Shown in pieces: positions 22,746 through 33,207 of a DNA stretch of 33,207 bases. Below the pieces are notes generated by a model. That model saw nothing but the letters and a program-made list of their open reading frames with translations. It searched no databases and was not told the DNA's origin. The DNA is from Klebsormidium nitens (Eukaryota; Plantae; Klebsormidiophyceae). How positions within the stretch are numbered: position 1 is the stretch's first letter; each line of letters begins with the position of its first letter. The stretch is from assembly GCA_000708835.1 (NCBI GenBank), contig DF237725.1, forward strand, positions 1,949 to 35,155, read 5' to 3'. Position numbers and translations under genes: made by a program.

Positions 22746-23262
22746 TCCGCGAGCTTGAAGCTCATGTAATACATAGCACATTTGCAAACGATCGTAAGAA
22801 TTCGACCGCGTTAAATTGATGAGTGGTACGTGTACTGACACTGATTGAGCAGCGCTTGCCGATTGCCGAGCATGTATAATATCTTGCATGCATGAAAGCC
22901 GCATGGCCCAGCGGCGCGTGCGAACAGCGCGGCTGCATATGTACACATTGTCGAGATCTGCCATATCTTGAAGCATGCTCCGCAACAGTTTCCCCCCCAT
23001 ACCATTGGTTAAACAAACTTTCAGTCGGTAATTTGCACCCGGGCGGGCCTGGGGCATGCGCCTCCTTTCGCAATCGGTGATGGAATCATGCTGAGGCTTT
23101 GTGAATCATGGGAACGTATGGTAGAGTTCGCATGTCATCGATGACTACCAATCCGGGCCTATGCGACATGCGGGACAACTTCAAAAGAAAACATCAATCA
23201 GTTTGTGACATAGGCGTTTGGACTTGTTCGCCCGACCGAGCCTGGTGGCAGCTTGCTCCATC

Positions 23263-26200
23263 TTAAAAGGTTCGGCTGTACTTTTTGATCTCGTACATTA
23301 TCGACGGTATACTCACCACGTCCTTCCCGAGAGAAGTGCCGCCGCCACCCGGCCGCTGTACCAAAAAGGGCATAAAATACGTGAGGCGACGGACCGCTGA
23401 TCCACTCGCTGAAGACAAGGAGGAGAAATCGCTTGACACCTTGAAAGCTTACGAGCTTGGATGACGCACTCGGTGGGCGGAAGATTCCAGGTTCTATCAG
23501 GCAGGCTGGACGACTCCCTCTTCTTTGAGATCCTACGACGATTGCACCAGCCACCACCAGGGACCATCAACGGCTGGTGCGGGGGGTGGACGGTGGGGAG
23601 CGGTACCTTGAGGCAGTCGAGGAGGCGGGTGTAGTAGAGCAGGAGCTGCGTGAGGGCGTTGCGCAGGATCTCCATACCCATCACGAAGTTGGAGAAGTAC
23701 GTGATCACGTCCTTGTGCATGCTCTCGATGGCCGTCTTCCAGCGCGCCGCAAAGTCCTTGAACAGCGGCTCCAGCTCCGCCACCGAGATGGGCGCCGCAC
23801 TCGCCCCGCCGCTGCTGCTGGATCCGCCGGGCGTGCCGGCGCCGCCCGCTGCCGCCGGCGCATCCGGGTCGGCGCTGACGGCGCGCGTCTTGACGAAGGC
23901 GATGAGCGGGCCGAAGTGCTCGCGCAGCTCCTCCTCCACGAAGATAGTGATGGCGCTCGCCAGCAGCTCCTCGAACGAGGCCAGCGTGCGCCCGCCCTCG
24001 CTGCCGTGCTCCTGCACCCACCGCAGCGCACGACCAGCTTGCAAACCGCCACGCGAGCACTCGGGCGGGAAAGTAGCCCTGATAGGGCGGTCACATCCGA
24101 GATGTTGAAAGCTCGAGGGTCTTGAACTTTCAAAGTTCGGGGTTTTTTGGGTTCCGACGGTAGGCAATACAGGCTCGCAACTCCCAAATCGTCGAGCGTT
24201 TTTATGCGATGGATCCGAAGATACTTCAGAACTCCAAAACCTAACCGGAGCCGTACTAAAAGTTCGACGGTAGGTTGCCTCCGCTGGCGACCTGTAGTGG
24301 GTAGGCGGATTTTGCGGGAGATCTCTTGCAGCTCCCCTACTCGGGCTTGGTAGTCCCGAAGGTTGCAACTTGTATGATGAGACCGAAAGGGTTTATGTGG
24401 TACCGAACTTATCTTGTTCGGGAGCCCTAAAATTCGCAAATTTGACCGCCCTAGTGAAAGAGTCGTCCACCTTTCACCACTTGAATTCAAACTGTTGTGT
24501 GTTAACTCCCCTTCTACCACCGACCTCAGTCTCTGGAAGAGCGAATTGAAGACCCGTGATGTGCAAAGCTGCTGATCTGCAGCTGTGTTCGTTTCCTATC
24601 CTGCTCCGCGAGCGTAGCGGCGCGGCGCTGACCTTGAGGACGGCGAGCACGACGTCGTAATTATTGATCAGGAAGATGGCCTGCTGCTTGGGCCGCGGGA
24701 AGTTGCGCGCGAGCTTGCCCAGCAGGTCGTCCAGCGCAGTGCGCAGCCGCTCCAGGTTGTGCTCCAGCTGCTGGTCGCCGCCCTCCGTCGTTAGCTGCGC
24801 CATGGCCGACGCGAACTCGGCGTAGCGCCGCGCCACGTAGTGCGCGTGCACGTCGTCCTCCCAGAGCGCGCGCACGTTGGCGTTCTTGACGGACGCGAGG
24901 TGCAGGTCGAAGACGGCCTTGAAGCGCGGCCACACCAGCAGGTTCACCTTGTCCAGGTACGAGTCCAGGCACGGCACGCGCCGCCGCGACATCACCAGCT
25001 GCACGCACGCCAAGCACGTCAAGCACGTCCAGAACATAGCACACTGGCGAGGGGGTAGCCAGCCGACGGCGGCAACCAGGCTGGTCGGCGGTGGTATCCT
25101 TGCATGCTAAGCAGATTGCGACGGCAGTGAACAGTGGTAGCGGTTGCATAAGCTGTGCACAAAGTCACCACAGCGAGGGGAGAGGCTGCTCCACCTCTTG
25201 AGCTCGATTATTCTCACGCAGTCTTTGAATGTGGCTCTCTCCACAGCGGTGCCGGACACTTACCTGGTGCTGGTTCGTTATCCGGATCATGAGCAGCAGC
25301 CCCACGGCATCGTAGCACACTGGCAGCACCTTCTCGAAGCTCTCGTCGATGACCGCAAACACGCCCGCGAAGATCGCATCGAACACGGCCTCCTCGCCGA
25401 AAAACTCCATGCAGAAGAGGTACCTGAAACACCACCCGGAAAAGCATCAGCGCTACACGAGAGAACTAGTCTACCTGCAAGCGGTAAAAGAGGAGCAGGT
25501 TCGGGTGACAGCGCCATACCCAGAAAGCTGCTACGAACACAGGCGAGCGCTGCGCGGCCTGTGGCGCGGGGCGGTGGGCTCACTCGGAGGTGGCGGTGTC
25601 CATGAGCAGCTTGTGCAGGCTGCGGAAGAGGGCCTCGTACGGGTACTTGGCGTGGCTGGCCTCCGCAATGTGCGGGATGATGGCCGGCGCGTCCACCTCC
25701 TGCACCGCACGCCAACACCCAGCACAGCCTCAGCACGTGCAGGAATGGACCCGCGAACGCTGGCGGAAACGTGTGACTATGATTCGAAAGCAGGGCTCGG
25801 AGCTGCTGCCTCTTGAGGGTGTAGGGCTCTCACGTAGGCGTGCTACTCTGAAGCAATCCGGGCAGCCTGTCGTCCTTACTGATTAGAAGGTCCCGGAAGG
25901 TTCCAAGTCCGGCAAAAGTTGTTCATTAGTGACAAACGGGGAGCTGCCCTCAACCTTAATCTGCCAACGAGGTCATGGACAAGTATTTTCTCGAAGAATA
26001 GATGGGGATCGCAGCACCACACAATATGCACAGGGTTTGTGGGCTTGCCGCACCTTCAACACGTTGGCTCGATCCCCCAGCGCAAACACGGCGGAGCGAT
26101 TTTTGAGCGCGTCCGTCTTGCGCGAGAAGATGTTGGCGATGCGCGAGTCGTCCACCCCAATGAGGTCATTTTTGGAGACGATGTCCAGCTGCAGCTTCTC

Positions 26201-28596
26201 CAACTGCCCAATGTATGTGCGGAACTGCGCGCTCAGCACCTGCACCATCACGCGGCCACGCTCAGAGGGGCCACGCTGGCAGAGGAGCGCTCGGGACAGA
26301 GGCTAGCGCCCAGGCAGGGCGACTGTGCTGGCCGCACTCGCAAAACCTGAATCCGGACCACGATCCTGCGGATGCACGAAGCTCGACGATCACATCAGAT
26401 TTGGTCATCCTAATGGCTTGGCCTGGAACTTACTGCCAACAGTTTAATATTGTGCGATTGAGCTGCTGCCTGTCGAGATAGCGACAGCACAACCATCTAC
26501 CAAAATCTCCCCGTGCCCAGGGGAGTGTCGGTTCACCTTGTTCATTGTGTCACTGTATGTGGCCACAATCTCGGGGTACACCTCGCGACCATGCTCCCGT
26601 AAGAACGCCCCCATGTACCTGCACCCACCCGCCGGGCATGCACTCAGGCGCAGGGCGAGCCAGCCAGGAGGTCCCCAGTGGCCAGTCGCCATATTCAAAG
26701 CACACTTCGACCTTAGTGACCTTTCGGTGGACCAGCGAGATCATGGGAACGACTGGGTCTCGCGCCAGGGCCAGAATGCAATGTACAGATTTGGCGGGGC
26801 TTTGCTCACTTGTACTTCAACAGGACGCTCTGCTGCAGGATTTGGATGTTGGTCTTGGGCTTCTTGAGGGCCAGGAACTTGTTCAGCAGGAACTCCCGTG
26901 ACTGCAGACAAAGGAGGAGAAGGCCTCCCGCCAGATGAAGCTTCCACAAAGCTCCAACAGCGAACCAGAGTATGCAATATCTGGAAACTCGGAATATACT
27001 GCTGCAAACTCGGTGCATGAGGAGTTGCATGTTGGAGCAGTCCCTTTTTGGGCGCTGGCGGGCTGGTGGTGGCGGTGGGCCCACCTTGGCGACGGCCCTG
27101 ATGCGCAGCCGCTCCAGCTCGGGCTCCACGTCCTTGAGCGCAGCGGCCGTGCGCGCGGTGGGGTCAGTCGCAGCAAAGTGCAGCTTGCGGTTGAGGGTGG
27201 TCAGGTAGGCCAGGTAGGCGTCGCTGACCTCAGCGTCCACGATGCCCTGGATGAGGTCGGGGGGAACCACAACATCCTCCACAAAGCGCGCCAGCTTGGC
27301 CTCAGCCGACTTGCGGTTCTTGAGCTTGACGCCCATGCTGAGGGACTGCTCCTGCAGGCTCTTGATCTCGCTGCTGATGGCGCCCAGGTCTGCCTGGAAC
27401 CCGCTCAGCAGCGCCTCCATGTGCGCCAGGATGCCGTCGCAGTCGCGGATCTGAGTGTGCAGCGACACCAGGTTGTCGCTCTCGCGGATGTAGTCCTGTA
27501 AGCACACAGGGATTGAATGGCAATGAGGCAGAGGCCATGCGACAAAAACGAGCGTTTGCCCCGCAGCAGGCAGGGGGCGGAACTGTTGCACCATGGAATT
27601 TCACTCTGACTATAGCAGCGCGTCTTCACAAGCTGCCACGATGATTGGACAGTCATCCCAATGAAGCTGTTGTTGCGCAAGGCTGTGGTGTCTGCGTGCT
27701 GACCTGGATGCTCTCCAGCTCCACCTGGCGCAGCTTGTCCTCCACGTCGCGCGCCAGCTCCCGCAGCTCGCTGCCCTGCCCCAGGATGTTGGCCACCACC
27801 TGCACCGCACAGCAGCGCACCGGCTGGGGCCCAATCGCAAAGGACAGTGCCACCGCTGGGGGCTTTCATTGAGCATTCGTATCATAGAAGAGGCAATCGG
27901 TGGGTATATTACAGGAACTCAATTCTTGCAATTGAGCCGGAATGGTGCTTCCCACCTCTTGCCCTTGAAAGTGTTCAAGCTCATCCTGCAGCCCTTCCAA
28001 CGATATCCCCTCCCTGCAAGAGAAACTCCCGGGTCAGAATGATAGTAGTGCAATCCAGTAAAATCAGGGTCTGTTTCTCCAGATTGAAAGTGTGCCCCTG
28101 TTAGGGCTGCCCTCAGATAGTGTGGCATTTGCTACAAAAATGGGGGGAGCCCAGGCCGAAGTTGTTCGAGCCAATGGAGTCAAAAGGTAATCAATCCTTA
28201 TTCCATAAGGAAACCCCACTTACGACGTTAAGTCTTCTCCGAAGGTCAAGTCACCACCAGTGATTTGCAGGTCATATTCGGATCCTTTCCCTCCCTGCAC
28301 ATACATAGTGCTTGTTGGTCAGTCGGCCTTCCTTCTCACTAGAAGTTGAGCTCCTGCCCTGACAGCAACACACAGGCCTAGATACAAAGGTTTGCATTGT
28401 CCTTACAGCACAGTCCTTGGCTTGATATTGACATTGCTGCAAACATTTGGGGCCTTGCCACAGCATCTGAGCGGCAGCTCTGCCCTACCTGACCCCCTTC
28501 ATCAGCTCCAAACAGCTGATCCAGAGAAGCCTGAGCTGCTTGATCTGCACTCTGCTTGGGCACACCAGACGCTTCCGAAGCATTGTCCGCAACCAT
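23263..28596 (-). CDS. VPS52: Vacuolar protein sorting 52 (GARP/EARP subunit; Arabidopsis POK homologue); multi-exon, start codon uncertain
   Basis: GDLTFGEDL..ISLEGLQDEL, VELESIQDYIRESDNLVSLHTQIRDCD, KKPKTNIQILQQSVLLKYK, LLMDTATSEYLF, YLDKVNLLVWPRFK, IFLINNYD, LTQLLLYYTR, terminal SIMYEIKKYSRTF*. Confidence 0.95.
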
Positions 28597-28910
28597 GCTG
28601 CCTGCTTTCAAGGGTCCCGCCCCTGGAACAACCTCCCAAATCCTTCAGAAACCTCACTCGACCTGCCAAGCAGGCGTCGCCGGCTTATCCTTCCACCCTT
28701 GGGCTTCGATTCTCCCCTTGGCTCATCTGATCTGAATAATATTTATAGAAGGAAAGACAGGCACACATTTGCATCCACAACCTGAACTTGTAGCTTTGTA
28801 GTCGGACTCGGAGTGCTCAGACGGAATCAGAGCAGCTTGGAGCTCTGGAAAGTTGCGCCCTAGCTGCGCAATTTCTGGACTGAGCCACTCAAAATCAGAT
28901 TTCAAGTCGC

Positions 28911-28919
28911 AAACCCTAA
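28911..28919 (+). promoter_or_regulatory. Telo-box-like motif AAACCCTAA in the divergent VPS52/UBAC2-like intergenic region
   Basis: Exact 9-mer between head-to-head housekeeping genes. Confidence 0.35.
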
Positions 28920-29363
28920 ATTCTGAAACCGAAGTAAGGCTACAGAGATACACACTTCAAGAAAGCTTTGCAAAAAGTTTCACTTGCTTGAACGTGAATA
29001 CTGAACAGCATTGCCCCTGGAGTTCTGCGCACCATGAGAGCTAGCTTGCAGCAGGCTGCTGGTGCCAGGAATCTCCCAGCAGCGCTCATATCGTTTCCTT
29101 GATGTAAAGAAACTCCTACTTGAGGAGGGCAGCCGCTTACAAGGTGCTTCAATATTCTGAAAGTAAGGTGACTCGTTGCTCAAGTCGTGGATCGTTCTGC
29201 CCTGGACGAGAGTCGGGGTCTACTTAGTAGAATAAGATACTCCATGGAAGACTCCAATCACATCTAACATCAGGCTAGTCAGCGATTCAAGCGGAGCTCA
29301 CTTTTGCAACTAGGTATCCTTCACCTTATTACTTTCATCGAGGGGTTTATTTCAAGAGGAGCA

Positions 29364-31959
29364 ATGAACTCGGGACCTTCGGGCTTCTGTGAGTTTTCCT
29401 GAGCTTGCCTCCTTTGTCTTTGTTACTAAGTTTTTGGAACCACAAGTCATGTGGAGATTTTTCTCAAACGAATGAGGAAGGGGGGATATTTGTGTGTTGT
29501 TTGGTCAAATCGTATATGGATAAAGGCAGTGCATCAAATACTTGCCTCGATGGCCAAACTCCACAACCACCAGTTGGTGAGTTCGTGACTCTTGCCTTTA
29601 TAAAAATGAAAAGGGTCTTCTTTGGGGACAACTCAGTTAGATGATTGAAGGGTTCTTTTCAGGTGGAAGCACTTTGAATTTTTGTCGCATTAGTGGGAAA
29701 TCCTTTGGTCACAATTTTTAGGATGCCCTTGTCTGCAGACAATGCCCCGGTGACGAAGGCCATCATCCTGACATCAGCCGGGCTGTCTCTTCTGGGGGGG
29801 CTGCATGGCACTGCCAGGCTTTTGAGCCTGTCGTACGAGGTGGGCCTTCATCTAATCGCATCTGAACCATAACATGTTTGGACTGCAGGCAACCTTGCAT
29901 CGATGGTCGTATAGCCGCGGTAGTTCAAAAAGTTGAATGTATGAGTCGCCGGAACCCCCATGAAGAAAGTCATATTATCAACATGCTTGATAAGGGGTGA
30001 AGAGATGCCATGTGCCTCTCGTTCAAACTGAAGCGTGTCCATCTGCTCAGTGCATCTTCCGGCGGCACGAGCTGTGGCGCCTACTTACGTCTGCCACCAT
30101 CTTCTCGTCTACGCCTGAGATCCTGTTTGGGCTCTACCTGGTGTACTTCTTCCGCATCTTTGAGCGTCAAGTGGGGTCCAACAAGTACACGGTGAGGACC
30201 GTGATGTCACGTCCTGTCGCAGGAACATACAGCATCTTGAGAGCCACCGTTGGCAAGCCCACAGCGTGCTTGCTCTAACAAACCTTGGCCACCTGTATCT
30301 CAATCGGGGTTCATTATTCATAGCAGCATGCATTGCACTCTACCCGCCTGTGTTCTGTTGACTTGTTTCCACTCCCAGCAAAGCAGTGTCACCTAGGCCG
30401 TCACTCTTTGCAGATCTTCGCTTTGAGCTCGACCATCTTGTCAACGGCTTTCCAGTTGGCGAGTCTGGTAGCCCTCGAGGGACGCTTCAGTGGTGAGGCC
30501 CTGTTCAGCCCCTGGCTTGCGCCTGCTTCACTGTAGCTGGCATGATGCCCTCACTGCTGTCTGGTCCTGCCCCTCCCCATCATGCTTGTACCAGCCAGAA
30601 CAGTCTGCTTGCCCCTCTGCGAGAATGTTTGCCTGATGTTCAACGTCTTTTTGCTTGCTGCAGGTGACCTGTTGACCCTGTGCTCGGGCCCTTATGGCCT
30701 CATCTTTGCATCGTTCGTCCCTTTCTTCTTTGACATCCCAGTGTCAGCTCGCTTCTCGGTCATGAGCCTCAAGTTCTCGGACAAGTCATTTGTCTACCTG
30801 GCGGGTCTTCAGGTAAGGGCTTTAACTTACTTCGATGCCGTTTCTATCTCAAATCCGAGTCGATCCATCAATCCGGTATTGTCCTTGGTTTCTCGTTTAG
30901 GCAGAATACTTCCCAACTATGCAAGTCCGACATTTGAGATATCGAAGACTGCTTGTTTCGACCCCTCTCTGGGCATGGTAAGGACAATCTGCCAGTTGTT
31001 TGATGGGTGCCTCCCGCGGTGTGCTTGCCTCGTGCAGCTGCTCCTGTCTTCCGGCCGCCAGTCCATCATCCCGGGGATCAGTGGCCTCCTGGCAGGACTT
31101 ACCTACCGCTCAAACGTGTTTGGTATTCGCCGTCTCAAGGTACGGCTTTCTTGGACCCCTGCGCTTCTGTTCGCTCCTCTTCGCAGCTGTTGCTTCTTGT
31201 CGAACTTGTTGTTGGCTGCGGGAGGATGTCGGTGGAAGTTGCTGATGAGATGCCGCCTGACGAAGCGTGCTTCTTGTTGCAGTTCCCGGACTTCATTTCT
31301 TCCTTCGTGGAGCGCACTTTTTCGTTCCTCATTTCTCGGACGCCCCCCACTGCCTCGGGTGGGCGGGTGGCCGGGCCGGGCGCTCCGGGCACCGGGCCAA
31401 CAATAGCGAGAAGGCTGGGGGTAAGCAGGTCGCCACCGCACAAGCCCGTGGGGGTCCTACGGAACGCGTGTGTGCTCAACCAGTTGTTACTTGCTGGTGT
31501 ACCGTTGCTTTCAATACAATGTTGAGCGACAAATTTTGAACCGATTTACAGCACTGGTTTTCTGTGTGGCAGGGCCCTTCTCAAGGCTTCAGTGACCAGC
31601 TGATTGGCGGGAACGGAGGACTGCCTGGTGGCCCTTTTCTGGTAAGTCTAACTTGCTACTTCGAGATTCTCAAGTCGTCATAGCTCCAAAAAGCGGTCGG
31701 CTTTCGAGTCTCCAACGGAAGACTTTTGTCATCGGAAGTAAGCATAAGTACGCTTTGCTTTTCTATTCAGGCACCACAAACAGGTCTGGGAGTTGCTGCC
31801 ACGGCTGCAGCCTCACCCGCGCCCCCCCCGCCGGAAGAGGCTGTCCAAACCCTTGTGTCTATGGGCTTTGACAGAAGTCAGGCGGTGCGGGCACTGGCAC
31901 AAGCCCGAAACGATGTACATATGGCCACGAACCTGCTTCTTGAGGGCGTTGGTTTCTAA
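29364..31959 (+). CDS. Rhomboid-like pseudoprotease with C-terminal UBA domain (UBAC2 / plant RBL20-like); multi-exon
   Basis: [87 protein letters not shown]: [33 protein letters not shown]. Confidence 0.92.
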
Positions 31960-32835
31960 TACTAGTACTTCGATAATATGATTCATGAAGTCCGACTGAT
32001 TTCAATGTCTTACCGTACGATGTCAATACGTAAGTTCAAGTCTCAACGTGGTTCAAAGAGGTTTGTATTGCAGTATCTCCCCACATCTCCTACACCATTT
32101 TGATGATTCTGATAGCATCTCGCGTGCCGCGACTGCCATAAGAGGTTACTAAGTTATGCCGATCAACGAGCATTTTATGATCAACAAGATATATATTAAT
32201 GGCCGATTGTCGGCTGGCTTCATGACATGTACGTATGCACTGTGTGATCATGGCCAAATGCAAATAATTGGGATCTAGTCCGACTAGGTATGATCGGAAA
32301 AGTCTCACATGCACTCCGGCTCTCGCTCATATCTGGACGGTCCGGCCAAGGACTCTCTAGCTCAAATCAACGCAAATACAACGAGATTGGCATAAGAACT
32401 ACTCTGGCCGCCCAAGCATGAACAACAGCGGCCGTTCAATCAGCAAGCCCATTTCGCGCGCCCTCCCTACGGCATGGTCAGTGACCGTCTCCTTGCAGGC
32501 TCGAGTCTCAACTTTCAGGCTAGTTGCACATGCAGTGCTCATTGACAGTGGACACCCATATGACCATACGGCAATTTTTTATCATACCATACCAATTTTT
32601 ACCAGCAATTTGAATTTTGAACTTTGTTCGAGAACCCCCACGGTGCCCCACCGTACTGATTGGATTCGCAATCGATTTGTGCGCGTAGGAAGGATGCATC
32701 TGATTCGTCGGTAGTTTCGTGATAGCTCATCGGACGGTGTAAAAGGTGGTGTCATATCAGAATATGGTACTCTCGATTCACAAAATTTCAATGATCAGCT
32801 CTGAGCAGATTCAGCACTTTGAAGTTTTTGGAGTA

Positions 32836-33099
32836 CCGTAGAGACATTGTCCATTCGCACCACCTTGGTGCGAATATTTACTTATGAACGTTTTGTCATT
32901 TCGCACCAGCATCGACGATATTATTAGGATTTTCGTTTTTTCCAGATTTGAAAGTTTTTAGGCCTCATTTTGCAGGTTTTGGAGCGTCTACAAATATTAT
33001 TCTTGATTCGCATTTTCGCACCTGCGTCGAAAGTAATGAAACTTTTTTCGCAAGCCCTTAAAATAATTATTTTAGTGCGAATGGACAATGTCTCTACGG
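32836..33099. mobile_element. Tc1/mariner(pogo)-type MITE, 264 bp
   Basis: Perfect 25-bp TIR CCGTAGAGACATTGTCCATTCGCAC (32836-32860) with its reverse complement (33075-33099), TA on both flanks, and an AT-rich noncoding interior. Confidence 0.92.
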
Positions 33100-33207
33100 T
33101 AGGTACACTGAGCTACCGTACGGTACTTTAGGACCCGCCTACCGGTATACGGTAGTACTAGTACCTATACCTATGTACCTTGCCTGTACGACTCCTACAC
33201 TGGCTAC

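Noticed and set aside
9472-28128. Many overlapping or antisense ORFs in the track
   Set aside because: They are shadows of GC-rich exons or exon read-through into introns and are explained by the spliced models.
9271-31959. Functional cluster of trafficking genes (SEC1, VPS52, UBAC2-like)
   Set aside because: They belong to different pathways and are interspersed with unrelated genes. There is no evidence of co-regulation.

Overview
Eukaryotic genomic DNA with GC-rich exons and many GT-AG introns. It resembles a streptophyte green alga such as Klebsormidium, which is an inference from composition and protein similarity. Positions ~190-9100 hold a minus-strand DIRS-type tyrosine-recombinase retrotransposon with the order gag(CCHC) - pyrimidine-rich spacer - RT/RNaseH/methyltransferase - YR. 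A 2.48-kb TIR element with a TA duplication sits in the spacer and itself carries a 218-bp hAT MITE, a ~105-bp repeat array and a 415-N gap. Five multi-exon host genes follow: SEC1/KEULE-like (+), a standalone homoserine dehydrogenase (-), an NYN+LOTUS (MARF1-like) nuclease (+), VPS52 (-) and a UBAC2/RBL20-like rhomboid-UBA protein (+). A Tc1/mariner-type MITE lies near the right end. The most interesting observation is that neither the DIRS pol ORF nor the YR ORF has an AUG before its conserved region, and each is preceded by a T-rich tract with branch-point and YAG acceptor signals in a frame-compatible phase. This suggests splice-dependent expression, and it needs RNA data to test.
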